A stretch of DNA of 64,000 nt from Camelus ferus (lineage: Eukaryota), in contig NC_045711.1 in the NCBI RefSeq assembly GCF_009834535.1, positions 41,168,001 through 41,232,000 on the forward strand. Direction: 5' to 3'. Each line of letters opens with the position of its first letter. Positions within the stretch are counted from its first letter, which is position 1. Below the pieces are notes generated by a model. It saw only the letters and a list, made by a program, of their open reading frames with translations. It was not told the origin of the DNA and ran no database searches. A program made the position numbers and the translations under genes. Below, one piece after another: positions 13,421 to 25,740 of the stretch.

Positions 13421-15839
13421 CAAATAGAAAATTTCTCACAACTGTGTGTGAATCTACAATGATCTTAAATGAAAAACTTTAATTAAAAAATTAAATCCTT
13501 CCCTACAGATCTCAAGTGTTTGCATGATGGAGGGAAGTAAAAATCATTTATTTAGGGACATTATTGTAAATATTCTTCTACAGACACACATGATTCCATT
13601 GATAAAACAGTCTGGTCAATGAATAATTAATGACTGTTTCAATGAAAATTCCCAGCCTTACAGTCTCAGAGGAATGGTAGGATTTCCAGCCCAAGACAAG
13701 TTCAGCAGATGCAGCCACGTTTCCAGGAGCCTCCCACAGCCCCTAACCTGCACTTGTTAATGTCCCTGCCTCCTACTAACTGTGGGGTCTCTAGTCTGCC
13801 CCATCTGTAAAATGGGAATGTCCACAGGTCTCAAAGTGATAATATTGTTAAGTGTTTAATGCATAACTTCTCCTTCTATTGGTTTTCAAACTGGCCCCTG
13901 TAGATGGAGGGCAAGGAGAGACTGAACAAAGAGGCAGCCGCTCCAGATTGGTCAGGGGCAGGTTTAAAATCACAGGAACTTCCATCCCAGGCTTGTTTTC
14001 GGTGGCTGCAAGATGAGCAGATCTCCACATTGACCAGCCAGAATCTTTAAAACTTATCTAGAGGCCTTATCTGGGTTCAGTCACCATCCAGATGGTCTCA
14101 AAAATAGCGGCCTGTTTTAAGGCTATGTCCTTGGGGAAGATTGGGAGGGGGAGAGGAGGAGGGAAATTTCTACAGGGGAAGACAAGCTGAACTCACATTC
14201 CAGGCACAAGGGAGGGGTGAGGAGCTTCTGATTGCCCTGGTCGAGCTCCGTAGGTCAACTGGTGGTCAGGTCCTCTCAATAATCCTCTCCTTTTCCTCCT
14301 CCTTCCCCCTTCCTCTTCCTTATTCTCTTTGAGAATAGGAATGCCAATTATAGGGGGGTTGAAAACGGCAGGTGGTGGACTGAAGGCTGCTGGGATCTGG
14401 AGAGAAAATGCTGGCAGTCAAGTCTGGAAGAGATGAGCTGTCTTGTGATCAAGGAAGCCCAGGAAATGCGATGTGTGGCTAAGAAGAAAGTTCCTGGTAG
14501 GAGGGCATGTGAGGTGTTGCCAGGCTAACATTTCAACAGTGTGTACTTTTCTTGCCAGTGTAAAGCCCCATGGAACCAAGAGGGCTTGTCATATAGCACA
14601 TGGCCACCAGGAAGCAAGCAAGGGTCAGGTCTAGAGAGTAAGCCAATTAAGAGCAAGACCCAAGGAGAAAAGGAAGAAGGAGGCAGTTAAGGCTCCCAAT
14701 CACCAGAAAGCAGGGAACCTCCCAGGCCATTGGAACTAGTCTTGCTGCTGAAGCCCGACCCTGATGTTACCTGCGGGGTGGTGGCCACTGAGCCCCTGCA
14801 CATTTCAGAAGTCCTAGCCTGTCATGTGGTGGGGTCTGCTCTGAACAGACATGTGCCCTGGAGCCACACTGGCTGCCTGGTTGCTTTCAGGACCACCTGC
14901 ACAGCGCTGTACTGTTCAGAAGAGAGCCTTGAGTGGACCCTGCTGGAGCTGGACCCAAGATTAACCTTTGCAAACTGCTCTTAATCTTCTCCATCTGGCT
15001 TCTTGTATCTCTAGAATCTGTCCAAGTTACAACTTCATGGAGATAAGTGCTTTCTCCTGATTAACAATCAACTCACCTTCTGATAAGAGCATATTGCCCT
15101 GTATACCCCACTGTGTGCAGCCTTGGGAGAATCAAGATGCCTTCCCCACACCAAGGGGTGGGCATGTGACCCAGCCAGGCCAGCCAGCCTCTCTGTTTCT
15201 TGGGAACCAGAATCTTGAAAGTGATAGAATAGGATTGCAGCTGCTTTATCCTGGCAGCAGTGTCCTATAAAGTGTGTCTGATGGTTCCCGCTGCCTGGAT
15301 TCCCAGAACTGCCCTGTTTCTTGTCCTAATTGTGACCTGGCTGTTCAGCATTCTTTGCATTCTGACAGTTACCCTTCCAGAGCTTTTAAACAAATCCTTT
15401 TCAAAAAGACAGCCAGGATTTGTTTCTTTCTCTTGCGACTAGAGAATGCTAAGTGACACAGAATGCTTGAATCTAACAAGGTGACATCACATGTAAGGGA
15501 TACTTGTATGGGCCTGAAAAATGGGTCTAAAATCACCTGCATGAGGGCCCAGATGGTGGACCCAGGAGCAGAGTGTGAGGCAAAAGCTTGGGGATTCCCA
15601 GGAACAACACAGCAGGAGCCAGCAAGGCAGAAAGAGTGCCCTTTCCCTGCCAGTTATGGCTTAATTAATGGGGCCAGGTAGTGGGGACAAGCCAGGTGAT
15701 GCTCACATGGCATCCTGCAGAGTGATCTGTTCCTACAAGAAAGATCACTATGGGGAGGAATCTGGAAACCCTATCAAAGGAGGGGTAATTGAAGAAGCAG
15801 GGTTGTTCAGCCTGGAGCAGAGAAGTCATGCTATCTTAA

Positions 15840-16350
15840 AATATCACTTATTCAACCATCCAACAATTATTCCTGGCATGTCAGACACTGCTATATACAG
15901 AAATACACATGACTTAGAGTTTATACCCTGTCGGGGCAAGTATAGGTCTCTGTGGCAGTGCCTGCTTCAGATGGAGAGTGGGCTTCCTGGAGGAGGGGGT
16001 ATACAAGGTGAATTTAGAAGGATGTGTAGGAAGGAGTTACTCCAGGAAATAGGCAGGGGTGGCTGGTGGGCATGGGAGAGGGGCTTTCTAGGCAAGGGCA
16101 GTAGCAGGTGCCAGGGCTTTATGGGAAGTGAGCATAGTGTCTTGTGTGGAATGGGCGCTGAGTGTGAGGGGGCTGGCACTGGATCAGAAAGAGCCTCAGA
16201 TGTCATGCCAAGGGAACCATGGAAGCTTTTTAAGTAGGGAAGCAGCATAATAAGATTTGCATTTTCAGAAGATCGCTGTGGACAAAGATTTGGAAGGAGA
16301 TGAAAACCAGGATATATGAAACAAGTTAGGAGTTACTTGGAATAGTCTGA
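15840..16350 (+). mobile_element. L2 fragment
   Basis: ATTCAAC..CAATTATT..GGCATGTCAGACACTG start and TTTTAAGTAGGG..AGATTTGCATTTTCAGAAGATC segments, typical of L2 3' regions. The element explains the 189-aa ORF here. Confidence 0.5.
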
Positions 16351-18868
16351 GGAAGGAAGGGCCCTGGGCCGGCGGAGCGGCAGTAGGGACAGGGAAGGGT
16401 TCTTGCGGTGCTAAAATCAGGGGGAGGAGAGGAAAAGTGGGGCACGGAAGGCCTTGTCCACCAGGTAAGTCATTTAGTGGTGAGGGTGGTATCTTGACTT
16501 CAAAAAGAGCCCTCCTGGCCATGGCAGCAGAACCTTGGGCAGCCAAATGCCACTTTGTCAAGACTGTGTGTGGTTTTCAGAGACTAAGACATAGTAACCA
16601 AACCCATTAGGGACTGTCTCATAGTTCTAAATACCAATGTGTTCGTTTCTAGTAGGGAATCAAACTTTGAAAAATTTAAAGAGACCTTCCCAGAGGCACC
16701 AGAGTCCATGTGCCAGTCAATAGGCACTTCTATTCCATTCATTAAGGGTTCTGGAGGCTGGAACTGTCATCAGAGGTCACCAAGGGAGGAAGAGAATGAA
16801 GGGTGTGTGTATGTGTAAAGACTGTAAGGCTATTTATGAAGACTGTGAGCAAATTGCTGGCGAGGACTGCTGTCCACTGATGTCTTCATGCTGCCTGCGA
16901 AGTGAATGCTCATGTCTGCCCAATTCAATGCTTCTCACCCTGGAGTGAGCAAATTACCAAATTTCATCTTTCCCTTTGATCTCCATCTTCTGGATGTCTC
17001 CCCTATTCTATTTCAGGTGACTCTTTTCATATGACGCATTTTCCCACTACGCGCAGTGCCTTATTTCTTACATACTGCTGAAGTTAAAGATACAAAAGTT
17101 GAGAAATTGATTTGCATGTCGTATGGTGGAGTTCATCCCTAGAGCTCAGAAATGCTGTAGAATTTCTATTTATTCAATAAATGTTTATGAGTATTTTATA
17201 CAACTCAGTTTTATTCAATTTATACAGTATTTTATTCATAATTTTGGGAGGAATCATTGAAACATTGTTTTTGCAACAAGTCAATGGCATGGGGGAAGAA
17301 AGCAGATGTGAGGGACGATGGGGGAATGGAGAGGCTGTTCTAGAACAAAAGAGATATAAGAGATAGAACAAACCCTTAAAATGCATTGTGTGGGCTTGTC
17401 TGAAGTCTAATTTAAACACATCAGTCATTAAAAGGTATTTTTGGAAACCTGTTATTGAATACCCAGTACTAGATCATGTCACAGAATTATTGTTATATTT
17501 TAAGGTATGATAATAACATTGTGCTTATGTGAGAAGATGTCTATATATTTTAGAGATGTAAAATATGGGATGAAGTGAGACACTATAATGTCTAGAATTT
17601 ATATTTTAAAATACTTTGGCAAAGGACAAAAATGGATAAGTCTGTAGCAAGACTGATAATTGTTGAATCTAAGTGATAAGTATATTGCGTTCCTCTATTT
17701 TGTGTGCATTTGAACCTTTTCATAGTCATAAAAAGTTAAAGATGAATTAAACAGTTGCAGCAATAAAGATAAAGTTTCTAGGCTAATTTCTTATCACCCA
17801 GTTCTCATTCTCTCATCTTAACCTAGGAGATGGGAAATTCATTTTAAGGTTGGTAACAAGAGCTTGATGAGGCTGATTTCTCAACAGGGATTTCTGTAGA
17901 TGATTGCGTAGGAGATTGTGGTGTGGATGGGTTTTTGTGACTTTTTTGGAAAATTTTCTGGAGGAAATTGAAAACTCGCTTCTTTGCTTGAGAAAGGACT
18001 CTGAAGAGCTGGCTGCCCACCAACAGTTCTGCAGACTCAGGAGGCAGCAGAGGGCAGGAGTGAGCAGTCTAGCTTTGGAAGCAGACGGATAGGGTTCCAG
18101 TAATGCCTTGGATCCTTAATTATACAAGACTTTTGATAAATTTCTCAATCCCTAACAGCCTCAGTCTCCCTTTCTATCAACAAGTACCCTAATAACCACC
18201 TTGTAAGGTTTTATTAGGATTACTTCCCGTGTTTGGCATATGGTAAATACTCATTAACCATTAGCTTCTATTATTATTCTTGCTGCATTTGGGTGACCGG
18301 CATTTCTTTGTCCTTATTAATTTTTTTTGTGATATGATTTTTTTCAATTTCCTAAAAAACATGCATATAGGAAAGAGTGGGGAAGATCCCACTCTCCAGA
18401 AGCTGGACCACTGCTCACATCAATTTTTACAGGTTTTCTTTCATTCATGGGGAATACCCAGGATCTCTCTGCACCACTGTCACCTTTCCAGAAATTGTTT
18501 TAGGATCCACAGTGGAGGGACATCCTTTCAATGAACAGACTTAGAGTATATATGGAAAGTGATTCAAGTCCACACTTTGAAAACAGAGCAAATGGAAATA
18601 AAGGGAAGAAAATATACACTTAAAAAGAGATTCAAATGTATGTTTTGAAAACAAGAGAAATCATAATCCACAGATAAAATATTTATCTGAAAGGAGATTA
18701 GATACACATTCAAAAAAAAGGAGGGGGGTCATCATATTCGCTCTGAGGATGTACAAACTCCATGTTTATACCTGTCTGTTCATTATGCTCTAAAGACACT
18801 ATGAGAGACCCTAGAGGGAGAGGGACACGGTGAGAGGTGAGGAAAGGAGGCTCAGCTAGTGGCAGCAG

Positions 18869-19080
18869 CTTGTTGTCTTTTTGATAGTAGCCATTCCGAC
18901 AGGCGTGAGCTGATAGCTCATTGTGGTGCTGATTTGCATTCCCCTGTTGATTAATGATGCTGAGTATCTTTTTATGTGCCTGTTGGCTGTTTGTATGTCT
19001 ACTTTGGGGACATGTCTATTCAGAGCTTCTGCCTATTTTTTAATCAGGTTGTTTGTTTTTTAATGTTGAATTGTATGAGT
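18869..19080 (-). mobile_element. Isolated internal L1 ORF2 fragment, antisense
   Basis: TAGCCATTC.GACAGG.GTGAG..TCATTGTGG..GATTTGCATT.CC.TG..GATTAATGATG.TGAG is canonical antisense L1 ORF2 sequence. No 3' UTR or poly(A) attached. Confidence 0.75.
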
Positions 19081-20459
19081 CACAAGTGTTCTTTAAATTT
19101 GCCCTTTTCCTTCAGTGCTGAACACCTGCCACCCACTCTCAGGGCAATGAGCACTCACCTATGGCCCAAACCCATTGCTTTCAGGTGCCTGCTGATGCTC
19201 CATCTTTATCTGAAGTACACCACACTGGGGTTAGCTCAGTGTTTTCCCTTTACCCGCTCAGTCTTACAAAACAAGGGCACATACAAATCACATGTCAAAA
19301 TAACTGCATCAGAAAGCTAAAAATGAGGGAGGCTAGTGGGACAGCCTGAAGTGTTGGTTCAGTAGAGCTACAAACGTGTCCCAGCTTAGCCTCTGACAGG
19401 GGGCCTAGCAGTGCTGGAGTGTAAGTATGAAGGGTCAGCGCTTGGACCGTGGGGTGCAGCTGGCTGCCTTGACAAGTTACGCTGTGAAGAATGGGAGAAC
19501 GCGTCTGCTGCTGTCATCACCTTACTGGGTAGGGATGGCTGCTTTTGCCCTCTCCATGACTGGGTTTCAGCTTCAGATTTGCTTCCAGGGATTACATTGG
19601 TCTCTGAGTTCAGGCCTGTCTGTTCCTATGCTTCAGTCCCACCTTTGAGAGAGGAGCCAAAAATCACCCCCAGAATGTGTTACATCTCGCTAATTACATT
19701 CTCTAAGGATGAGCTTATCATGAGGCACCTTTGCTTCATTCCTTGGTATTAAACGTCCAGCTGATCCCTTCTTAACCCATTGTGATCTGATTACTACCCT
19801 TCCCTTCCCTTGTCTCACCTGCTGGAACTTCTGGGGTGCCCAGCACTGACCCCTGATTGCCTTGACCTCTCTTTAGTATCCAGCATGTTACCCATCTCGC
19901 CAGAAATTCTCTTCTCTTGGCTTCAACACTCTATTCTGCTTCTCTTCTTCCTTCTTCTCTGCCCACTCCTTCCTCTGTCCATCTGAACCGGTTGTGTTCC
20001 TCACTGACTCCTGCCCAGGCTCCTTGTCACTTGCCCCATCCTCTCAGGATGGTCTGTCCACCCCCAAGGCTCTATCACACATAGGCAGATGACGTCCAGC
20101 CCTGTCCCTCTGGATCTCTGGGTACACTGCTCTAGGCACACCACTCCCACACCAGGATGTCACAGGGACACCTCGAACTCAGTAAGATCCAAATTGAACT
20201 CCTCAGAGGTATCACCTGGCTCCTGCCAACTTCTCCGGCCTCACACTCTTTTCCCCCTTGCTATGAGGTGTAGCAACACCAGACTGTGGTGGACTAGATG
20301 CTAAGGTGGCCTTACAGCTAATTAAGTCAACAAAGTATGGGAGGAAACAGAATGTTTTTCAGACCCCTGGAATAGCAGCTTGGCATGGTGTCCCAGTGAT
20401 TCCATCTGCTTTGTGTTCAGAAAGCATCAATATGGGACTTACAGAAACTTTGGGATCCT

Positions 20460-20609
20460 GGGGGGAGGGTATAGCTCAGTGGTAGAACGCATGCTTAGCA
20501 TGCATGAGGTCCTGGGTTCAATCCACAGTACCGCCATTAAAAAAAAAAGTCTAAAAGAAGAAGGAAGGAAGAGAGGGAGGGAGGGAGGAAGGAAGAAAGG
20601 AAGGAAGGA
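20460..20609 (+). mobile_element. tRNA-derived SINE (same family) with (GGAA)n/(GAGG)n tail
   Basis: GGGGAGGGTATAGCTCAGTGGTAGA...GGTTCAATCC body. 17-bp TSD AGAAACTTTGGGATCCT at 20443-20459 and 20610-20626. Confidence 0.85.
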
Positions 20610-23600
20610 AGAAACTTTGGGATCCTATTCTGGTACAACGGCCAAGCCCAGTTAAGGGGCTGCAAACTTGCCGGCCTACAAGCCCAGCCTAATAGGCTTG
20701 TGTGAATGTTGCCACAATTATGAATTTTTAAGAGAATCCAAAAATCTGGACTTTCATGTGAATCTTCCAGTTGTTAAATGTTGGCAACTAATTCAAAATT
20801 TACAATATACTATTTGAATCAAATAATTTTTTTGACAACACCATGTGAATCAAACAAAGCACAGCTGTGGGCCACATCCAGCCCACAGGCTTTGTGTCTG
20901 TGAACTAGAGGGAGCAGAATACTGGAGACTTTGGAGTCAGACAGACACCAAGTCAAATATCGGCTCTGCTACTCTGTGTGCCTTTGGGCAAATCACACAA
21001 CCTCCCAACGTCCTCATTTATGAAACAAGAACAACACTATTTCCCTCTGAGTTGTAATGAGGACAAGAGATCATGTCCGGTTAATGGCCAGCATAGCAGT
21101 TCCCTAAACGGAAGCCAATGATTGCTTAATCAGCGCTATTGACACATCTAAAAAAAAACACGTGTTTCCATGGTCAGCCTAGGAAAAGAGGGTATATGAA
21201 CACCATGGAGGACAGGGAGAGGGAGCCTGGCTGACAGTCCACAGGCACTTCGGTCCCTAGAGAGCAGTTCTCAGAGGTGGCTTCCCTTGTTCACAGAGGA
21301 AACACCCTCCCGCCAACCCCTGCCCCCGCAACCATCCTCCTTCCTTTGGCTCTGAATCCTGGCTCAGCAGCACCATTCTGATCAGTCCTTCCATCGCCCG
21401 TTTCCCTGGTCCTGGGAATGGGCAGCCCTAGGAGAGCGATGTGGCCAGACATCGTGAACAGCCTTCTGGTTGGTACCCTAGTCTTTCTTGAGTTCGTTTT
21501 CTGATGCATTTAGAAAAGCTATGTGCTCCAGGACACCGTAACTGGTGTTCTGAGCCTGGAACTGATGGGGGGTGTCCTTCCTTTGAACCCCTAGACATTA
21601 CCCTCATGGTCACCCCCAAACTGTGTCAGCCATGAGGAACTCCTGCAGGGCGTCCCAGAGGTCAAGAGGCCTGAGTCACTTACGTTATCTGAGAATACAG
21701 GGAAAATAAAAATGAACCCTTGCCAAGACAGGTTTTTATAGTATATTTAAAACATTTACTTTGAAAAATTAACACATTTTAACACACACAACATAATGCT
21801 GTTTAACCGTGCTATTCACAGGGTAATTCCATGGACCTGCCTTTCCCACAGCACAGAAAGACCTTCTCTATTTCCTCTGCTTGCCTGGTGACTCTTTTTC
21901 ACCATCCCATGCTTCAAAATTCAGCTCCTCTGCTGTGAATCCTTTTTTGACTTCCTTGTGAGGACACTCTTTGAACTGGTTGGTACAACCACATCCTTTT
22001 ATTATTGTAATTTGGAATCTGTGGTTTTGCCTCCCACTGGCCTGGGAGCTCCCTGAGGGAAGGGGTTGTGTAAACACTTGTCAGTAACCCCAGCACCTGA
22101 CAGTGAGCCTGGCAAGTAGTAGATGCTAAGTGAATGGGTGGTGGGATGGAAAGATGACAAGGCTCATCAAGAACGATGTGTTTATAATGAGACCAAGGGC
22201 AGGAGCCCCAAGACAGGAAGTGGTTGGGGGAAGCTTCCCACGTGGGGTAAGTGGCTGGGGGGCTGTGCCTCTAGCCCTGCACTTCTCTGGTTTCTGAACA
22301 GCATTTTCGTCCAAGGCTCAGTTGATCCCCTCACCTGGGACAGCCTCACTTTTTCTGGTTAAACTCCCTCCCCATCTTCAAGCTTAGTTCAACGGCAGCC
22401 ACCAATATGGCACCTGGGCACAGTCACACTCAGAACTGGCACGTGAGAAGCAACCACTCGAAGAGGGAAACGTCTTTACCCTCATCCTCTTTCCTCCCTT
22501 CCCTGTGATATCTAAAAACAGGAACAGCTCTCCAGACGCTGTGCTTGGCCACTTGTAGGAAGGAAGCACTGGCTTACTGAGCACTTAGTCCAGGGTTGGA
22601 CAGCACCATCATTAGTGCTGATACTTCTCATTCCTGAGGCCATGGCGGGTGTAACTAATGGATCACGGGACTTCTCACCGAGCCAGAGAAACAGCCCATC
22701 TCCACGTAGCAATCCCGGCAGCTGCAGTCAATTGACTGGAGTTGGTGCATGCCACCAAACCTATTTAACATTTCATCTTACTGCCTGCCAGGCCCATTGC
22801 TAGGAGCTGCAGAAATGAATTAAACAATATCTGTGCCTTCAAGTTTGGAAGCAGGATGTAGGTAGAGCTTGAGAGCTGACAAACTTGTGAACACATATTT
22901 ATAACCAGGTGAAGTATAAAACCAGGATTAAACATATGAATACAGTATTATGGAAGCACATACAAGGCAATGACTAATTCTGCCTAGAAGTGTGGTGCAG
23001 AGGTAGGTCTTGAATGATGAATAGGAGTAGAATGGACCAAGCAAGGTGGGAAGGGTATTCATAGCAAAAGGCTTAACATATGCTAAGGCTTGGGATCCAG
23101 AAAACACTGGAATGGGTATAAGGAGAAGAAAATCTATTCCCAGAGTGGGAAAGATTTTTTCCTGCATCTCTCTAAGCCATAGATATGCCATCTGTTAAAA
23201 AAAAAAAAAGTACCTACCTCATAAGGTTGTGGTGAGGATTGAATAAGATAATGTGTAATGCCCTCACACAGTGCCTGGTTCAGTGAAAGTCAGCTCCTCC
23301 TGATGTCTCCAGAAAACCATGGGGCATGAACTTGATCTCTGGTAACTGAGCTGGAGTAGGTTTAAAGTAAAGGAACATCACCAGATTTTTAAAAAATATT
23401 GTAGTTTCCACGACTAAAATACATGCTTATGTTAGAAGAGTTGAAAATATTTTAAAAAGAGAAAAAAGAAAAGAAAATCTTACCTCCCCCAGCCCCATCC
23501 CAACCCAGAGAGAATCTCTGTTAAAATTTTGGTGCAGTGTCTTCCAGACTTTTTCAGTGCAGTTCTTTTCTACACCTATGACACCATAGAAACAAAAAGT

Positions 23601-24074
23601 CCTCTGGTTTTTAATCACATAAAAATGATGACACAAGCAGTTTTCTGTATTACCGCGATTTCTTTGAATATCATTTTAATGGCTAATATCCATTGAGTGG
23701 ATCTATTGTAATTTATGCAAGCATTTCCCTGCTGTTGGACAAGCAGGTTGTCTACAATTTTTTTCCCCAATTGTCAATGATCTTATAGAGAACATCTCTC
23801 GACACAGAGAGGGCACATGTCCTTAGGGCCCTCGTAATAACTTGGGTTTCACTGAATGAAATGGAAGGCACAGTAAACTGGATGGCTTTGAGCAGAACAG
23901 TGACCTGAGTGTAGCCAGGATATATATGAATTTATTTGTATGTCTGGGACATGCTGGGGGGTGGGGGGTGGAGAGCTCTAGAAACACAGCAGTGTAAAGA
24001 AAAAGAAAAAGTTTCCTGCCACTCCAGTTCTACAAGGATTAAGCCATTACCCACCTAATTTGCCCACCCAATGG

Positions 24075-24361
24075 GAAAAAAAACACTCAGTCGAACATAA
24101 AAAGATTACTGCTAACCACAAAGAACAGGCATCAGAATTTAATGATTTGAGTACTTTTCTATGTATGGGAAGATACAAGAATCTGCGGTCACTGAAACTT
24201 TTCCTTAGATGTGTATCTTATCTATCTAGGGGCAGTGTCCAAAGCACAGAATTTCCCTCAGGCGCACAGTTGGTAGGTGGGTGGTGGGCGACTGCAAGGG
24301 CTAATGGCTTGACCCTCTGATTCGTGTAGAACTGGAATGGCAGGCAACATTATTTTTCACA
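24075..24361 (-). mobile_element. ERV1-class LTR remnant ~1 kb upstream of the SLC46A1 ATG
   Basis: Shares blocks with the intron-1 LTR (GATTACTG.TAA; TTTTCT.TGTATGGG..GAT.CAAGA; terminal ATGGCAGG.AACATT..TTCACA). May extend left to ~23914. Confidence 0.55.
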
Positions 24362-25149
24362 CTGCTTGTTCCCAGAGACTCCCCTAGGCATGGTCCCTGA
24401 CATGCAAGTGGCACTCGATAAATGCACTGATAAAGGAGAAAGACAAGTAATACTATTCCCTTTTACAGGCAATAAAACCAGAAAGGAGATCTGATTGACT
24501 TCTGCCCCGATTTCTACAGTAGGAGCACCCAGGAGCATAGGGTCACAACCAAGGGCCTCCCAGGCCCTCCACCATCTCCTCCTCCTCCTCTGCTCCTCCA
24601 AGGGCACTGCAGAGCCAGGCCCCAGCCCCAGAAACAAGTCTAGCCTCCTAGAAAAAGATCCTAGGGCAGGAGTGGAGCTAGTGACAGCCTATTAATAACA
24701 ATAATAGCACTTAAAATATGCCAGATACTATTCTCCCACAGTAACTCTTTGAGGCAGGTTCTATTAGCACCACCATTTTAAAGATGAAGAAACTGAGGTA
24801 CAAAGAGGTAAGTGGCATGTCCAAGACAGTAGCAGAGCCTTGGCAATCGAACTGAGGCAGTAGAGCTGGAGGCTGCACCCGTATCCACTGAGTCGCCTCT
24901 TAACGGAGCAAAACATTAACACAGACAACAGAAGTCATAGCCTTGAGTTCTCGAGCTCCTTGTTTCTTCTTGGATAAATTGGAAACATTAATAGTTGCTA
25001 GCCTATAGAGTTGTAGGGAGATTAACGTATCTAGAGAATACAGTGCCGAGCACATAATAAGCGATCGATGAATGTTAATTATTGATATTACGGTTATGGG
25101 CGTTTCTGGGCCTGGGAAAGAGTGCAGGGCGATAGCCTTGCACGGTTTG

Positions 25150-25740
25150 CAGGTGAGATCACTTTGTGAGCCAGCGGCACGGGGCCCCTCACAGTCTCTC
25201 CCCAGCCCGGAGACTGCGAGCCCAAGAGTGAGGGGCCCCCAGAGGCTCTGGCCCCGCCCCACCAGACTTAAAAAAAAAACAAAAACAAAAACAGGGAGAC
25301 GCTGGGCGCAGGCGCAGAAAGCCAAGCCGTCGCCTTGCGCCCGCCCAGAAGTGCACAAGCATGGAGGGACGCGCGGACTCCCGCGGCGAGCCCCGCGCTT
25401 GGCTCTCTGGGTCCGTGCTGGGCCGCTGCTGCGTGGAGCCGCTCGTCTTCTTTGCCAACTTCGCCTTAGTCCTGCAGGACCCGGTCACCACGCAGTACCT
25501 GTGGCACCGCTTCAGTGCCGACCTTGGCTACAACGGCACCCGCGAGAGGGGCAGCTGCAGCAACCACACAGTGGATCCCACCGCGCAGGTAGCGGCGGCC
25601 TGGAGAAGGGGGCGACGTGGCGGCGGCGGGCCCTGGGCTACAGCGTGGGGGCAGCTGAGGTGGTGGGGCCTGCATGAAGGTTGGGGGCAGACCAGAGGGT
25701 TCTGGATATTGGGTGGTGGGCGGGTCCGGAGCAAAGCTGG
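25150..25740 (+). promoter_or_regulatory. SLC46A1 CpG-rich promoter/exon 1 with GC box and NRF1-type site
   Basis: CpG density rises here. GC box GGCCCCGCCCC at ~25250-25260; GCGCAGGCGCA (NRF1 consensus) at 25306-25316, 45 nt before the ATG. NRF1 control of the human PCFT promoter is established. Confidence 0.7.

Noticed and set aside
15668-16237. 189-aa plus-strand ORF
   Set aside because: It overlaps L2-like sequence, has low-complexity G-rich composition and shows no recognisable domain.
22430-22710. CACGTG / ACGTG (E-box or hypoxia-response-like) motifs ~2.7 kb upstream of SLC46A1
   Set aside because: Isolated 5-6-mers with no clustering or conservation evidence.
25072-25677. 201-aa ORF overlapping SLC46A1 exon 1 in another frame
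   Set aside because: Its ATG lies upstream of the likely core promoter, and GC-rich DNA gives long stop-free frames by chance.
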